A stretch of DNA of 64,000 nucleotides from Octopus sinensis (GCF_006345805.1 NC_043000.1:158720001-158784000); one strand, 5' to 3'. Counted from the stretch's first letter, positions 11,918-26,325 are shown. Notes: generated by a model not told the origin, from the sequence alone. Made by a program: numbers and translations.

Positions 11918-14900
11918 AAACATTGACTTCAATACCAAGAGGAACTCCATCAAAGAGAAAATATGACTGAATTAAAGAAATCAATGAAGAGGAAAATGAA
12001 GAATTTCCCCATGGATAAACTTGTAAGAAGGAGGTACTAGAAAAAGGCAACAATTGAGAAATCATCTTATCCTGACTGTAATAATTTCATTATCCGTTTG
12101 ACAATTGTGGTCAAAATAACTGAAGCAAGAAAAGGTAAAAAAAAATATTTCTTGTCTGAAGTATGATACTTTTGTTTGATGTCATCACAGGCAACAAAAT
12201 TACGATATAAAATAAAACTGGTTAGTTTGATTTTGATTTTTATGTGAAGTATGTGTTTGGCAGCATTTTCTTTCTCAAGTATGCCTGTTTTAAGGACGGT
12301 ACTAATTCTTTCTTCTTTTACTTTTTTTTCTCTACAATTATCGGTCTAAATATCGTTATATATAGAATTATATTATAAACCAACATAAAAAAGTTAATTG
12401 GAAGCTTGAAGAGACATTCCAGCCTGATTTATGGTTTACAAATTTACTGTTTGTTAAGTTCAGAATTAACTAGCCAGACATCATAGATATGTAGGATAGC
12501 TACAGTTTATTGGATCTAATCCTGTATAATATCAATACGCGTTTATCAATTCTTGACAGGGAAAGGGGTAAATAAGCCCTCGAAGGATCTAAACCCGTAA
12601 ATTAAAATGATACAATGGGCTACTAAAATATAACATTTATAGCGCTATCACAAGTTTCTAATCAAAGACTTTGAATAACATAATAGGTTCTTGTCGCTGT
12701 GTAAGGCATAGTTGTCTCTATAAAACAGCTGCAACCTTAAGCAGCTATCACAGTAGAACATATGATGATATACGGAAAGAATGTGGACGAAATTTCCGCC
12801 AAGTATTTCAGGTATTCACTTAAGAGTCATAAGCTCATAAGTGTCTCCAAGTTCAGCTTCTTGAATGGGACTAAATCTTACATTGAAATTCAATGGATGT
12901 AAAATGTGAGGAAGACTGGCAGATTTATCGTACCTGCAAAATGAAAGGGGAACACGTCCATATTTAGACAGTGGGTGCCTCGCTGAATTTGCCTTAAGCT
13001 TACATTGAGGGTACAAATATTTTGGGGGATATTATTCGAGATGATGCATATATTTCTTCAGGGGTTTCTTGTGAGTAGAGAAGTGATAATATATATTTGC
13101 AGGTAATGAACCAGGGATCTCTGAAATGAGATTTTGGATTCTTCTTGCATACGAATCTATTACAATTACTATTTGCTATATTTGAATAGACGGATTTTGA
13201 GAGTTGGGAGATAAATATTTGAAAGTTCTGTCATTTACCTCCAAGCAACTTAGTAACGACGCTGCCCTGAAACATATTTACACATTGCTATTGTTATTGT
13301 TAAACATAGGTACACTCGATCAGGGATTGCCTGACTGAGTGGGCATGTGGTCAAAGGTGCATAGTCCGGGATCATCCCAATTTAATATATCCTAAATTAA
13401 TTTACGTCTGGGTTACATGTCTCATCTTTACTGCAGACAAAGAACAATAAATAAACAAGCAAAGTGGATTACGATTTCTTAGAGAATTTGGCTGCTGCAT
13501 CTAACTGGCCAACCAACGGTGGCGATGCCTTCTCTGCCTTAAATATTCTGCATCATGGTTGAAACTTCGCATTGCAACTACATGAACTTTTAATTTGATG
13601 AGAATATGAAATTTACTAATCATCACAGTGTTAGGGAGCTGTTAAATTGAGTCTTGAATGTCCACAGTTTGTGGTTTCAAAATTCAGGTTAAATAATACA
13701 GCAGATTCACAAGGTCTATGAATAACGTGTTGATTTCGAAACTTTTTTGGGGAAAATGACTCACTTATAGTATGTTATATATTTTCAAAAAGGCATAACA
13801 GCGAATATATTTGTATACCTAATTTTTCCTTCTTACATAGGCATTATCACTATGTGTGTACGAAATTTCATATAGGAGCACATACACAAATATATATAAA
13901 ATAATCCTGTTAAGATTTATCTTATACTTTCTAAAAACGTATTATGTATTTTAAACAAAGACACAAAAATGATACAAAAATAAATCAATATTCTCAATTG
14001 CACAAAATTGCATACTCAGAATATATATGTATATGTACGAGTATGGGTTTGTGTGTATTTATGTATAATATAATGTTCTTACATTTTAGTTATTATATTT
14101 ATTATATTTGTAATGTTTTGTATCCGCTAATTCTGTCGGTATTTTGAACCAAACCCTTTACTGACTCAAAATTGGTAAACACTTCAATGTCCAGGATATC
14201 CATTTTGCTCAAATATTCCGTGACATGGAGCTTGCGCAGACGAAGCCTACCTTTTCCGTGTTTCTCATCTCACTCTCCTGGATATCAGTAACAGTGGTTA
14301 CTAGTTACTCGGGCTTTCACTCTTTTCACTGACATCTACTTAAAATCTGTTATCTCTACGCTTACCGAACTTCATTAACCAATTCTTTCTCCACATCTTC
14401 ACGAAATAGAAACTCAGTCCCAAAATTTTCTCACCTGGTACATTAGTAGCAGTACTATAGCATTTTATATGAAAATGAGGGCCAGACGTCTAGAAAAATT
14501 CCTCTACCCCTAAAAACCTGAGCGACCTTTCTCAGTGACAAACATTTTTGACGCCGTGCGCACTGCAGCCTTCCTGGTCCCTCAAGAAAAGTGTTTGTTT
14601 TTCAAATTACTGGTTTCGTATTTCTTCCACTTCCCACAGTAACGATTATATTTTTCACTTCAAATTTCTCCAGGCCTTGCATATAGAAAGGTCCAGTGCG
14701 AAAATATTTCTGGTTGCTTCAAACAACAATTAGAATTGTTCATGTCCCATCACTCTAAATCAATGTCTCTCAGCAGTAATACCTATAATCCCCACCAAAA
14801 GTTCATTTTCTCTCCCACTTCAGTGATATACCCCATTATTTAGTAAGACACTGAGTGGTATCCTATTTCCATGAAGTTTAACCCTTCTTACTGTATCAAA

Positions 14901-15568
14901 TATCATCCTAATCATACACCCGTCCAAAGAGATTGTAACCCCCATTACCAATGAGATTTTCCTAAATCAATCAATTCTGGTGGCAGTGAATGAGTTGCCA
15001 AAATTCCACGCCTAACCGCTCAATACGACTTTTAACACTTATCCTCATATTCAAATTTACCTTGTTTTCATTTAGTTCATAACATATAGCAGTTTTTCGT
15101 TACCTTTTCTAAGATGAGCGTTATCCTTGAAACCACATGGCAAATTAACACTAACTTCGTGTGACAGAGACTTCGGGCGACATCCCAATCAATTTCTTCT
15201 TCAAAATATGTGAGCGGTGCTTATATATATATATATATATATGTTTGTATATTTGTTTTGCAAGATTTTTGATGTGAAATCGTGTGTTGAAACAGATATT
15301 GTTGTATTTAGGAATGGTCATTTTGCCAGTTTAGCCAATAAAAACACACGCACTATATATTTGGTGTTACTTTGCTTCAGCGCTATTCATTTTTTACATT
15401 AATCTTAATCTTCTTTCGGTCAGAGTTCTTTCTCCTCACTCCTGTGACTACTCCAGTAGTCCTTTGCTTTCTTCTTTCTTATTTGTGCGTCTCTCCTTAC
15501 TAACCGTCAGCCATTTTGTATTTCTCTTGTATGTGTCTTCATTTGCGCATACGTATATCTCTATGTAC

Positions 15569-15637
<69 letters not shown>

Positions 15638-18403
15638 ATTACTGTACCTCAAACTCAGCAAGATACACAGCTAAAGGGGACAACTAAAAAAACGCACCCG
15701 CTTCACATGCCGACAACAACATCACAAAGACTGGCATTCTTCTTCAATGCTAGAAAATACTTCATTGTTCCAATATTTGCCACTGTGTCTGGAAAGGTGT
15801 TGCTATTACACACAGTTAAATGGCAGACCACACCCAGAAAATGTCTTGTTGAGTGCTTGTCGTAAATCCACTTCTCTACATGCTCCAGTATCTGACCCAC
15901 ATACTTGTAGCTTCATTTCTGTGCCTTTGGTAAATCCGATTTCGATGGTTTCAACTCATCAGGGAACTCTGGTCTTGCACTCTTTAGGTTACGGAACTTT
16001 TCAACCATATTCTACTTCTCTTCATCACACATGTTGTGTTCTACGATTAAAGACCATATTAACCAATATATTCAGTTATCTCCTTCCAGAACCTTCTGGA
16101 ATTACCTCTCTCGTCATATTTTTATAGACGTAGCAGATTTGTAACAGTATAAACAGAATTTTAAAAGCATCAAACTGACCAGCCTCAGAAAATAATTCTG
16201 TTCCTTCATCATTAAATGGCAAGTTAGGCCTTGCTATCATTGAAGGCAACCGCACACTATAAACACATTTAAGCCATTATCCCAAAAATAGTACAGTCCC
16301 TTTAAAGCAAAAAAATTAAAGAAGAAAAAGAAAAAAAAACCAATGTTGTAGATTTGATATGCATCGTATGAAGTATATCGAAATGAATAAATCACTGTGA
16401 CGCTAAAGAAATCAATTTTTAAGAAAAGTAAGATAGCTATCGAAATGTAATGATAGAATTAAATGGAGTTATCCCAGAGAAAAATTGTGTTCATCGTGTG
16501 TTGTGTGTATGTGTTTGTGTGTGTGCGTGCGTCGTGTGTGTGCGTGTGTGTTTATCGTGTGTGCGCATGTGTGATCGTGAGAGAGAGAGCTTGCGGCTGT
16601 GTTCAAGACTGTGTGCGTGCGCCTGTATATGCGTGGGCTTACATTCTTTTCTGAATGCATATCTCTTGCCTCGGTTCTGAACGTCATCTGACTCACAACA
16701 AATTAAAATCTAGAATACTGGCTGACTGAAACCTTCTTTAATTACAGACTCTAGGAAATCAGCAAGAAACTATCGTGAAACCAACAGTTACATAATATTT
16801 TCAAATAGTCACGTTGTTTGGCGAAAACTAAAACGCAGATGTACTTGAAATATTTTCTGTATGATTTTATAGCTTACAATTACACAGAATATTTTTGGCT
16901 TACAAGTGATTTTGAAATTAATTACCAATAAAATACAACTAAAATATACGAAACGTGTGACAGAATCGAATGTAATGGATAATTATAAACGTATTCTTCA
17001 TTGCCAATTATTACAAATATTGGCATTAATTTACTTACTCACCTACAACTGAGGATAGTTCTGTGAGTGTCTTGTGATAATTAACAATCATAATAAGTTG
17101 TGTGTCTACTGAGGCCCGACCCGACATTTAAGCGACCTTAGCACCGTGTGTTTTTGACATTTTCCATGGTCAGCATCCACTTAACTGATTTCGTAATCCA
17201 GTATCTGTCAGTTTTGTGTGTTTGTGATATTTTGTGATGTGTTGGAAAGACATTGTGCAATTCTTGTGTTTATATATACAGTCTGTTAATTTAGTTTTGT
17301 ATATACTAATGGCAGTGTAGTTGGTGTTTCTTCTTTTCATGTTAGGGATACAGATTTTGATAGTGATGTTGATGCAATTTGCAGTCGTTCAGTGATGGAG
17401 GTATACATCTTCCTCATAGTTTTTTACTCCTTTCAAACCTCGCAGTTTGTTTTTTGTTTTTCTTTCTCCCACTTTATACAGTGACACTTTTCTATTTTAC
17501 CTTTTTTTGTCCGCATTAATCGACATATTATTCAAACAGATGAAAGCTATGTCATGGAATTGTTCTTTCATTGGGGTATTCAGTTGCTGATGTTCGTACT
17601 ATTGTTCCTGTTCCTGTTGTTGTTGTTTGGGATATTATATTTTCTGTGGCCGTGTTTTCCTACAGCTGTTGGCATCTCTTTCAAGTCAGCTGATGTGACA
17701 GCCGCGCCTGTTGTCGTTGGATGCTGTTGCTGCTACTGCGTTTATTGTTGATATTGCGGCTCTTGTGATAAGACGATCCGCAACAGTTTTAATAAAAGAT
17801 TTACAAAGAAATAACATTGCGTATGCTTCACAAAGTTGACTCGCCAAAAGAATGGGAGGAGGAGAAAATAGGGACCTCTTTTTCTATATCCACTACTTTC
17901 ACCACATAGTCTCCACTCCTATTCTTTAACCTTTTATTATTTAAAACGGCTGCATCCGGCCAAAATATTTTACCTGTTTTATGTTCAAGTCAACCAGATT
18001 TGGCTTCTCACTCCTACCCTACACGATCATTCTAAGAATAAACAATGGCATCGTTGAAACCTCACAGCTATGAAATAATGCATGATTAATTAAAGATAAT
18101 GTGAACAAATAAGAATTATTTTTGACAGAGTAATCTGATTACTAAAGAGTTAAAACAATTTTACCAGCGTAATTTCTGTTTCAGAATATATGCTCAAAAA
18201 GTTTTCCAATGTTTACTATGTTTATAAAATAATAAATTATTTCATGTATGTGTTCATAATTTCTTATATTCCACCTTTTATTTCAGCTGTTTTATAACAT
18301 GTAATACACATAACCGCATTTATAACTATTTCCTTTTCGTTTTCTTTCCTACTTTCATCCTTTCTCCGAGATCTCTTTCCTTCCCATATATATACATGCA
18401 TAC

Positions 18404-18406
<3 letters not shown>

Positions 18407-18481
<75 letters not shown>
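18407..18481. repeat. (TA)n microsatellite (representative of >20 such tracts)
   Basis: Perfect dinucleotide run. Similar tracts occur throughout the window. Confidence 0.97.
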
Positions 18482-18495
<14 letters not shown>

Positions 18496-19400
18496 ATGTA
18501 TATTTTTATGTATATATATATGTATATATATATGTGTGTGTGTGTATTCGTATATATATATATATATATATACACACATCTATATATATGTGTGTGTGTA
18601 TGTGTATATGTATACATATATACATATGTACATATATACATGATATTTTACATGTATTGAACTTCTTTTATAGCAAGGTAATTTAGAAATTGTGGAAAAT
18701 TAATCTTACGCACCTGTACTATCAGATATAATCTACAACATTTTAAACAATTCTTACTTTCTTCTTAATATTGTACTAACAATTACGAAGTCATTCATTA
18801 AACTATACATTCTTGTATATAATTTTTTCCTATAAATATTTATATAACTTTAACTTATTTTCAAAATAACAGTGAGTTTCATAATTTTCTCTTCCCTGTC
18901 AAATGTCAGGTCATCGTTGCAGGACACTAAATCACAATCCTGTTCTTGTTTTTAGAACTATTATATTTTATCTTCACACTGGTGTCAGTATATTTGTTGC
19001 CAGAGAATGCGAAGGTAGATAGGTAGACTGTCATATATTTACCATTTGTTCATACATAAGGTAAGAACATCTATACAAAATTTATTGGAATAAAAAGGGT
19101 AAAATCAAAGTAGCAGAATTCAGTTTTAAAAATGTATCTAAAGAAATAATTCCTATGGATCTGAATAGTGATACAATTTCAAGTTTTTTTAATCCTTAAG
19201 TTCTGTGAGCACTACCTTCATAAATGAACAATGTTTCCTAACATGAAATACTTTTTAAAAAATTTATGACATGCAAACAAACGTATATGCATGCATGATT
19301 GCTTACACATATACATGCATGTATTCATACGTACATACATACCTAGATACACATATTATTCAGGCATTCAGCTCACAGAATCTTATAGCAGAATCAGCTA

Positions 19401-19528
19401 TATCGACCCCGAAAATAAAAACAAAGGCAAAGTCGATCGCGGTGTAATTTGAACTCAGGACGTAAAGGTGGACGAAATATCGCTAAGCATTTTGCCCAGT
19501 GTAATGACGATTGTGCCAGCTTGCCGCC
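19401..19528 (-). mobile_element. SINE family B head+core fragment
   Basis: ATCGACCCCGAAA...AAAGTCGA..GCGG.GTAATTTGAACTCAG...GCCAGCTTGCCGCC; the tail is missing. Confidence 0.75.
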
Positions 19529-19531
19529 TCC

Positions 19532-19565
<34 letters not shown>

Positions 19566-19568
19566 TTA

Positions 19569-19607
<39 letters not shown>

Positions 19608-19883
19608 GCGGTGGTGGTGGTGGTCAACACGAAGACCGCGATTCGATTGTAATAGATATTTTATTGGTTGAACGATATTTCGACAGTAAGTCTGCCGAGT
19701 TCAAAGTAAGAAGTAATGAAAATTCAAAATCATAGAAATTTGAATTTAAAATATGAACAAGAGCAACCAGCGTCCACACGCTGATGGAATGACATCATCA
19801 GTTTTAAGTTTCAATTTTATAACAGGCGAAAAAAAAAACAGAAAGAAAGAGGAAAGAAAAAAGGAAAGGAAAAAGATGAACAT

Positions 19884-20190
19884 TTAATCAAACAGTTTTG
19901 TATAAATTTGATGATATTCTCCTGTCATTTTATTCATTCCTCCAGGGCGTGATGTTAATAACTCGCAAACATATTTCTCCTCATGCTTTTTGGGAAGTGA
20001 AAATGAAGTAGATTCAGAATATATTCCGAGAATATGCACTTTCAAGTCTCTTTCCAAAATTGCAGCCGTTTGAAATGAAATTTTCGGCAAGTTCTGTCGA
20101 ACTATTGTTATTGTGCCTGACGTCGAATCTGTGCCCATTAAATCTTTTGTTTAATTGTCCAGTTGTACAACCAACGCAAATCAAAGCATC
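19884..20190 (-). pseudogene. Penelope-like element GIY-YIG endonuclease fragment
   Basis: Reads CVGCTTGQLNKRFNGHRFDVRH...ELAENF, then a frameshift, then RDLKVHIL...KKHEEKYVCELLTSRPGGMN. This matches the PLE EN pattern YVG.T...L..RF..H ... DL.V.IL ... E...I..L.T..P.G(L/M)N. Confidence 0.7.
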
Positions 20191-20559
20191 TAATTACGAG
20201 ATGGCTAGTCGTTAAAGTCATTTAAAGAGAGAGAGAGTTATATTATTATTATTATTATTGTTCGACCGTGGTCGAGACTAAATTCCATTGTCTTTTCAAA
20301 TGGCTAATAATGTGTGCGCGCGCCACTACTACACACATTGGAAAGCATTGTACAACCAAGTACTAAAGAAGATCTTTCCTCCTCCATGAAACAAAGCTGT
20401 TCCCGCTGGACGTCAACCCAGTATTTCTAAGCTACGGACCGAGTGATTTATTGTAACGTCATCTCCCTAGATAGATTGCCTTCACTACGGCTAAGGAGCC
20501 CTTTCTACCCCTAGAGTTATAAGTAACCATGAGTATTAAAAACTGGTAAAGTGCTAACT

Positions 20560-20970
20560 ATAGAAATGGAAACGAAAATTGAGAAGGATTACATGAGAAG
20601 TGTAAGGAAGCTAATGATGTCAAAGTGCGAATCTAGTGAAGGCAGTAAGCATTACGGCGATATCATTACGTAGATACTCAGTAGTTTTTGAAAATGGGAC
20701 GAAAACCGAACTAGCAAGGCTTGACAGAAGAACAGGGAAGGAAATCAATATGGATGGAGGAGCAGGGGTAGCAAGATTATACTTACCTAGAAAGGAAGTT
20801 GAAAGAGAGTCAATATCAGTAGAAGGCTGCGTGGGTTTAGCTAGAGTAGATATAGGCTCATATGTAGGTATCAGTGAAGAAAGTCCCTTAAGAGCTATTA
20901 GAGTCACAGCAAGATATAAGGTAACCAAAAAGCCAAAACGAAGTTAAAAACCAGAGAAAAGACTAAAAGA
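20560..20970 (+). pseudogene. R4/Dong-clade LINE, post-RT segment
   Basis: NLVKAVSITAISLRRYS, ELARLDRRTGK, RLYLPRKEVER..ISVEGC and YVGISEE match R4/Dong NLIKAIN..AV..LRYS / EL..LDRKTRK / RLYLPRKEGGRGLISVEDC. Confidence 0.85.
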
Positions 20971-20984
20971 ATGCTTTGCATGGG

Positions 20985-21960
20985 AACAAATAAGTAGAAT
21001 TTCAAATTGGAAGAGACCGGGGCCGGATTGTGTTTCACGTTATTGGATGAAGCTGGGTGAGGAGGGCTCCATGAAATGATAGCAGAAGTGTTAGATAGAT
21101 ATTTGCAAGAAGGCTGAGAACTCAGATGTTAGATAAGAGGAAGATATTGTTATTTTAAGAAGCGTAATAATGTGTCTAAATTTCAACTTGGAAGAGCCCG
21201 TGTCTTCTGCCAAAGTGGAAACTATTGTCTAGTGTTTTGACCTGGGTAATGCATGGATATTTAGAAAAATGTGAGCTGTTACACACTGAACAGAAAAGGG
21301 TGTTGAAAGAATAGCCAAGGAACGAAAGATCAGCTATTAATTGACGTACGAATTATCAGAAGCTGCAAGAGAAAGCACACATATGTGAACATGACATGGA
21401 TTGATCATGGTAAAGCACATATGATACCACACTCGTGAGTAACAAGAGATATGGAAACGTATGGATTACCAAAAAACACGAGGCGGCTTATATGGTACGA
21501 TATGAAACGTTGGGAAACAGAATTGACAGCTGGGAATCAGATGTTAGGAGAAATGAAAATTAGGACAGGGATCTTCCAGCGGGGCGGCGCATACTCACTG
21601 CTCTTAGTGCTGCGAATGATTCACTTCACTAAAATACTGCGGAAGACAAATATGGGGTAGGATCTGGGAAATGCAAAAGAAAGTTTCAATAATTTCCCAA
21701 AATGTAAGGCAGAATTGGTGAGTCTAATCTGCTCTGAGTGGAGTTTTTCAAATGATAATAAGATGTAGATATGACTTTCAAAATGTGCCGTTGTGGTGAT
21801 GAGAGGGGAATATAAAGGATGTGGGAAGAGTGCTCTGTAGAAGTGTTGCAAAATCCGTGCCTCCTTGGCATGGCCAGATTCATCAGGAGAGTGTTAGGTA
21901 TTTGAAAAGAACAGGCAATTGGGTACCATAGGCTGCAGGTAGCAAGCCGGCTACGTATGC
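20985..21960 (+). pseudogene. R4/Dong-clade LINE reverse transcriptase relic
   Basis: SNWKRPGPD, GTKDQLLID, MTWIDHGKA, KIRTGIFQ, SKCAVVVMRG, then WHGQ. The YMDD region is deleted; there are stops and frameshifts. Confidence 0.85.
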
Positions 21961-22009
21961 AAGATTCAGGTTTCAATAAAACATGAGTAAAATGGAAAAC
22001 AAAACAATA

Positions 22010-22467
22010 ATGATTTCAAAGTTTGGCACAGGGTCAACGGGTTTGAAACATGGGCTAAGTCAAACATACCGACCTCAGTACATAACTGTTGCTTATCTTA
22101 TAGATCCCGAATTTATATGAGGCAAACTTCACCTCGCTGAAATTTGAACCAAGAACGTAAATACCTATTTCTTTATTACCCACAAGGGGCTAAACGTAGA
22201 GGGGACAAACAAGGACAGACATAGGTATTAAGTCGATTACATCGACCCCAGTGCGTAACTGGTACTTAATTTATCGACCCCGAGAGGATGAAAGGTAAAG
22301 TCGACCTCGGTGGAATTTGAACTCAGAATGTTACGGCAGACGAAATACCGCTAAGCATTTCGCCCGACGTGCTAACGTTTCTGCCAGCTCTCCCCAAGAA
22401 CGTAAATACCGACGGAATACAACTAAGCTTGTAACCCGGCGGGCTAAAAATACTGTCAGCTCGCTGC
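22010..22467 (-). mobile_element. Old SINE with family-B core (tail type 3), split by a younger family-B copy
   Basis: Diverged core at 22060-22165 and diverged head at 22411-22467, on either side of the young copy. Confidence 0.7.
22166..22393 (-). mobile_element. Young SINE family B, nested, 17-bp TSD
   Basis: Direct repeat CCAAGAACGTAAATACC at 22149-22165 and 22394-22410. Confidence 0.9.
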
Positions 22468-23668
22468 TTGGCTGTTATGACAATCCTATTTCTTTTAATT
22501 TTACTGATGTATATAACGTCTTTTATCCTCCCCCTTTCCTTCTCCACTCATCATCACTTATGCTATCAATCTCATCATTACTACTACTATGATTATTTCC
22601 AATATCAGGAACTTCTACAGACGTGGATGTCGAAATTTCATAAGAGAAATCATACTTTACATTGGTTTTAGTACAGTGTGTGAGAAAAATCCCATGTGGT
22701 GTACATTTGAAATATTAAAAGAATGTTGATGGTATAGTACGAATTGGCATCAGCAAATATTGATCCTCTGCGTCGGTTCTACATTACTTTCATCCCCGCT
22801 CCCATACTTACATCCATCACTGCCTGCTACCATATTTTAATGGGTGTAATAAAATCGTTAAATTGTCTGTGACTATGAGGTGGCTTTCGCCTCTCCTTAT
22901 TACGTAGTTATGACGTATAAATGACGTTGCTGTTGTCAGGGAAACTCACTAGTAACGAAGCCAAAAACTAGTTCCCGTTTGTCATTTTTTCCCCATACAT
23001 CAATATTTCTATCATGAAGAATGATTCTATTATCGTTTACTTTCTCACCAACCTCTTTCTCTCATATCCGAACGAACTTTCGTCTGCTCTTTCCATAGTT
23101 CTCTCACGTCTTTTCTTTATTTTACTTTTACCAATATATTTTTGTATAAACTTACGCACTGTAAGTTTCACAAACACACGCGCATGGACATATACACATA
23201 TACACAGTCACACATACACACAAACACACAAACATACGCACGCGCTCACACACACAGATTTTTTTTTATCGTTTGGACTTGCTTCAGTCATTGAATTGTA
23301 AACATCTTGGAAGATATAGATGGACGGTTCACCTCAAACTTTATGCGTCAGGTATTGAACTCTTTTGCCGAAATGGCAATTACAAGGACCTAAACATAAC
23401 AGCACTGACCAGGAAACGCAATTGTTCACGTGTTTATTACGAGTAATTTCGTTTTTTTTTTCTTTCTTTTTTTAAACGACCTGTATCTGAGAAAGGAAGG
23501 GAATTTTCTTGCGATCGAAATACGGGGAAAAGTGACACTTCAAAGACCCCCCGAGGAATGCATTTTCAGTCTAGCTCTCAAGCAATTTCTACTTTCAGAG
23601 GAAAGTACGATGGAAGGTGATTTCTTGTTCTCCATGAAATTAACTGCATTTCTTGTTCTCCATGAAAT

Positions 23669-24221
23669 TGGTAATTTCAACCAATCAATGGCGTGTATTG
23701 AGGTGAATAAAATTACAGCTGTTGCTTGTCAATAACAACTATAGGCGGTGCATATTTCGTTTGTCACTGTTATTTATGACATTGTTCGTGCGTTTGTACT
23801 GGCGTTTGTACTAGCTTTAAGGTTTTAGGGTTAGGGTTAGAGTTTTAGGGTTAGGGTTAGGGTGTAGGGTTTTAGGGTTAGGGTTAAGGTTCTAGGGTTA
23901 GTGTTAGGTTTGGGGTTTTAGGGTTAGAGTTACGAAAAAATGAAATGTTAAGAAATTGGAGGGGTAGGGGAGGGGGCAAAAAAGGCTTTCCGAAAATAGT
24001 AGCTGAAAAACAGGAAAAAAACTAAAAGCAGTAGAAATGCACGAACAATTATGGTGGTGCCATGAAGTGACATGCTTCAGATACACACGTTTATTCATAC
24101 GAACGTATGTCATAAATAACAGTGACAAACGAAATATACACCACCGGAAGTTGTTGTTGATAAACAACAGCTGTAATTTTATTCAGCTGAATACACGTCA
24201 TTGATTGGTTGAAATTACCGA
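23669..24221. repeat. ~120-bp inverted repeats enclosing a degenerate TTAGGG array (unclassified element)
   Basis: 23669-23790 is the reverse complement (roughly 85% by eye) of 24099-24221. A 28-bp-period tandem duplication lies at 23620-23669. Confidence 0.8.
23818..23931 (+). repeat. Interstitial telomere-like (TTAGGG)n array with TTTTAGGG variants
   Basis: About 17 units of TTAGGG/TTTTAGGG/TTAGAG. Confidence 0.9.
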
Positions 24222-26325
24222 AATACGACAATTTTAACACGAAATAACTTCGTAAATATAAACTTTTCTCAAAAACGCAAATAGTAAAAGATGTTTTATA
24301 TGACACATTCTACCAGTACACGAAGTTTGAAAGTGTTTATTTACAAAAAATATTTTCTAAATCTGCCGGTCAAGATCCCATGCCTTTATGAACTACAGCG
24401 TTTGAAGTTGAATAACACAAGGAACCTAATATTTAATCTCAATATTTATATATATCGATTCCAAAATATTTAAATACATTTGAAACACACCAAAAGACAT
24501 TCAACACTACCATACCATCCATTTAGCTTTCTACACAATCAAAATATTGTTTTGGATGTTATTTTATGTGACAAACACTTTGTTTCGAAACCTTCTCTAA
24601 AATTGTGCTACGCTTCTTAGTACCATGCTTTTGACTTACATTGGAACTATTTGTGGTTTTCTAATAAGTGGTGTTTGTTTTCTAAATAGCGACAAAATTT
24701 TGCGATGGCAAAGGTCTCACTTATTAGTCTTTCTTTCATCTAGTGTAATTCTTAGTTTGTAGTGTATTTCTCCTTTCCTTTTTTTGAGTCATTTCGTTCT
24801 TGAATATAATAAGTATTATCATATATTCCTCTGCTATATTATATAATTCCTTATATGTGGTTTTTCACGTGGCCTACCTTCGTGAACATGTTTATATGTG
24901 AACAGGTTTGTAGAAATGACTGCGCCTATTTGAAAAAGAAATAAATAACTACCTCACATATTCGGTTTATAATGAGGTTTTGCAGAGATTTTCATTGCGG
25001 CCTTTGTTATTTAAAACGCTACTTGGTCGGTTTGCTTTAATTTGAAGAGGATCTTTCTTCATTCCAAGAGGTATTTTATCTGTTTCAATTCCGAATTTGT
25101 GCATTTCGATTTTTATCATATTTAAAATTTACATATGTATCATTTTCTACAGTAAAATCTTTCTTCATATTTACATTAGCGTAACCTCTAGTTCGACTGC
25201 TATTGTCCACTGCTCTGCATTATTTTAATTCATCGTCCTTTAGTTATTATACTTCGTTTTGCATATGTTAGATTTATTTTCGATTTGATTCTGCCTGGGA
25301 AGACGTCCATTATTATTGTTCTTTTTATTTATAATATTGCTCTCATAATCAAATAAATATTATTACTATTAGCTTTTTCTCATTATAGTTGTATATTGCC
25401 TGTGTCTTCTAAATTATACTCAACATTTTTCCGCAATACCATAAATCAATATAATCAATCCTATAATTTTATTTCATTCATTTTAATTCCCATAACATTT
25501 TCAAATGCACGTTTTCTTTAATTAAAAGAACTATACGCATTAATTACAAGAGAGGCTTTGGATGTATTTTTATAGTTAACATTTGCACACTAGTTCGAAA
25601 ATATTTTTTAGTTAACTTTCGCAGTGTCTGAAATAAAAGTCCGAGAAGTGTTGCAAATTATCCAGCGTTTCTATTTCTAGTTTAATGAAGTGGGGATTCA
25701 AACGACAGAATTTTACTTCAGTGTGGGGGGTTGCCACAAAATCCCTATATACTAAATTAATTACAACATCTTTTGCCTTATTTTAGACCTTGTCTTTCCA
25801 GATGATTTATCTGCCAACTAGTAATTATTACTTAATTTCTGAAACGCGCAACGGCGCGCCCATTCACAGCAATGTCAATTTCTCTCTTTCCTACTCTACT
25901 ACTTCTTCACAAAGCCAATGAAAGTAAATGAAAGTAATCCACACGGCTATACTTAAATCATTTTTCTTAAAGTTAGTAAGTGATCATTTCATCCAGATCC
26001 ACTGCTTAAGTCTTCCTCTAACAATCTGTACATGGTCGACTGAACTGCTAAAAATAGTATCCTCATGTTCCTCAAACAACCTTCAAATATATAAGAAATG
26101 AGAAACGAAATAATAGGCGAAATTTTTAGGCGAGAACAAATATTTCACACTGATATTTTCAAATAGGATTAAGTTGGGTATTTATCAACACAAATATTGT
26201 AGTATAAGAGCGTGCATTTCGAACATAGAAACAGTGTTATGTATTTATTGAAAATATTACACAACCAATGCCATAAAGTAATCTAAGAAATTATATTTGC
26301 TTGACCTGAAGAGAATTCTATGGTT

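Noticed and set aside
15930-15966. CUGAUGA-GUUG-AAAC-CAUC-GAAA on the minus strand
   Set aside because: No stem I pairing, mismatched stem II and no repeat architecture around it. It lies in what looks like decayed LINE sequence and is likely a chance match.
14200-16130. Possible decayed RTE-like LINE on the minus strand
   Set aside because: Only faint motif echoes (VEKFRNL, LVG..) and in an order inconsistent with a single element.
17100-17800. Q/N/T-rich open stretches on the minus strand resembling exons
   Set aside because: Stops in all frames over the span and no convincing splice pair or homology.
23818-23931. True telomere
   Set aside because: Short, degenerate and flanked on both sides by non-telomeric sequence.
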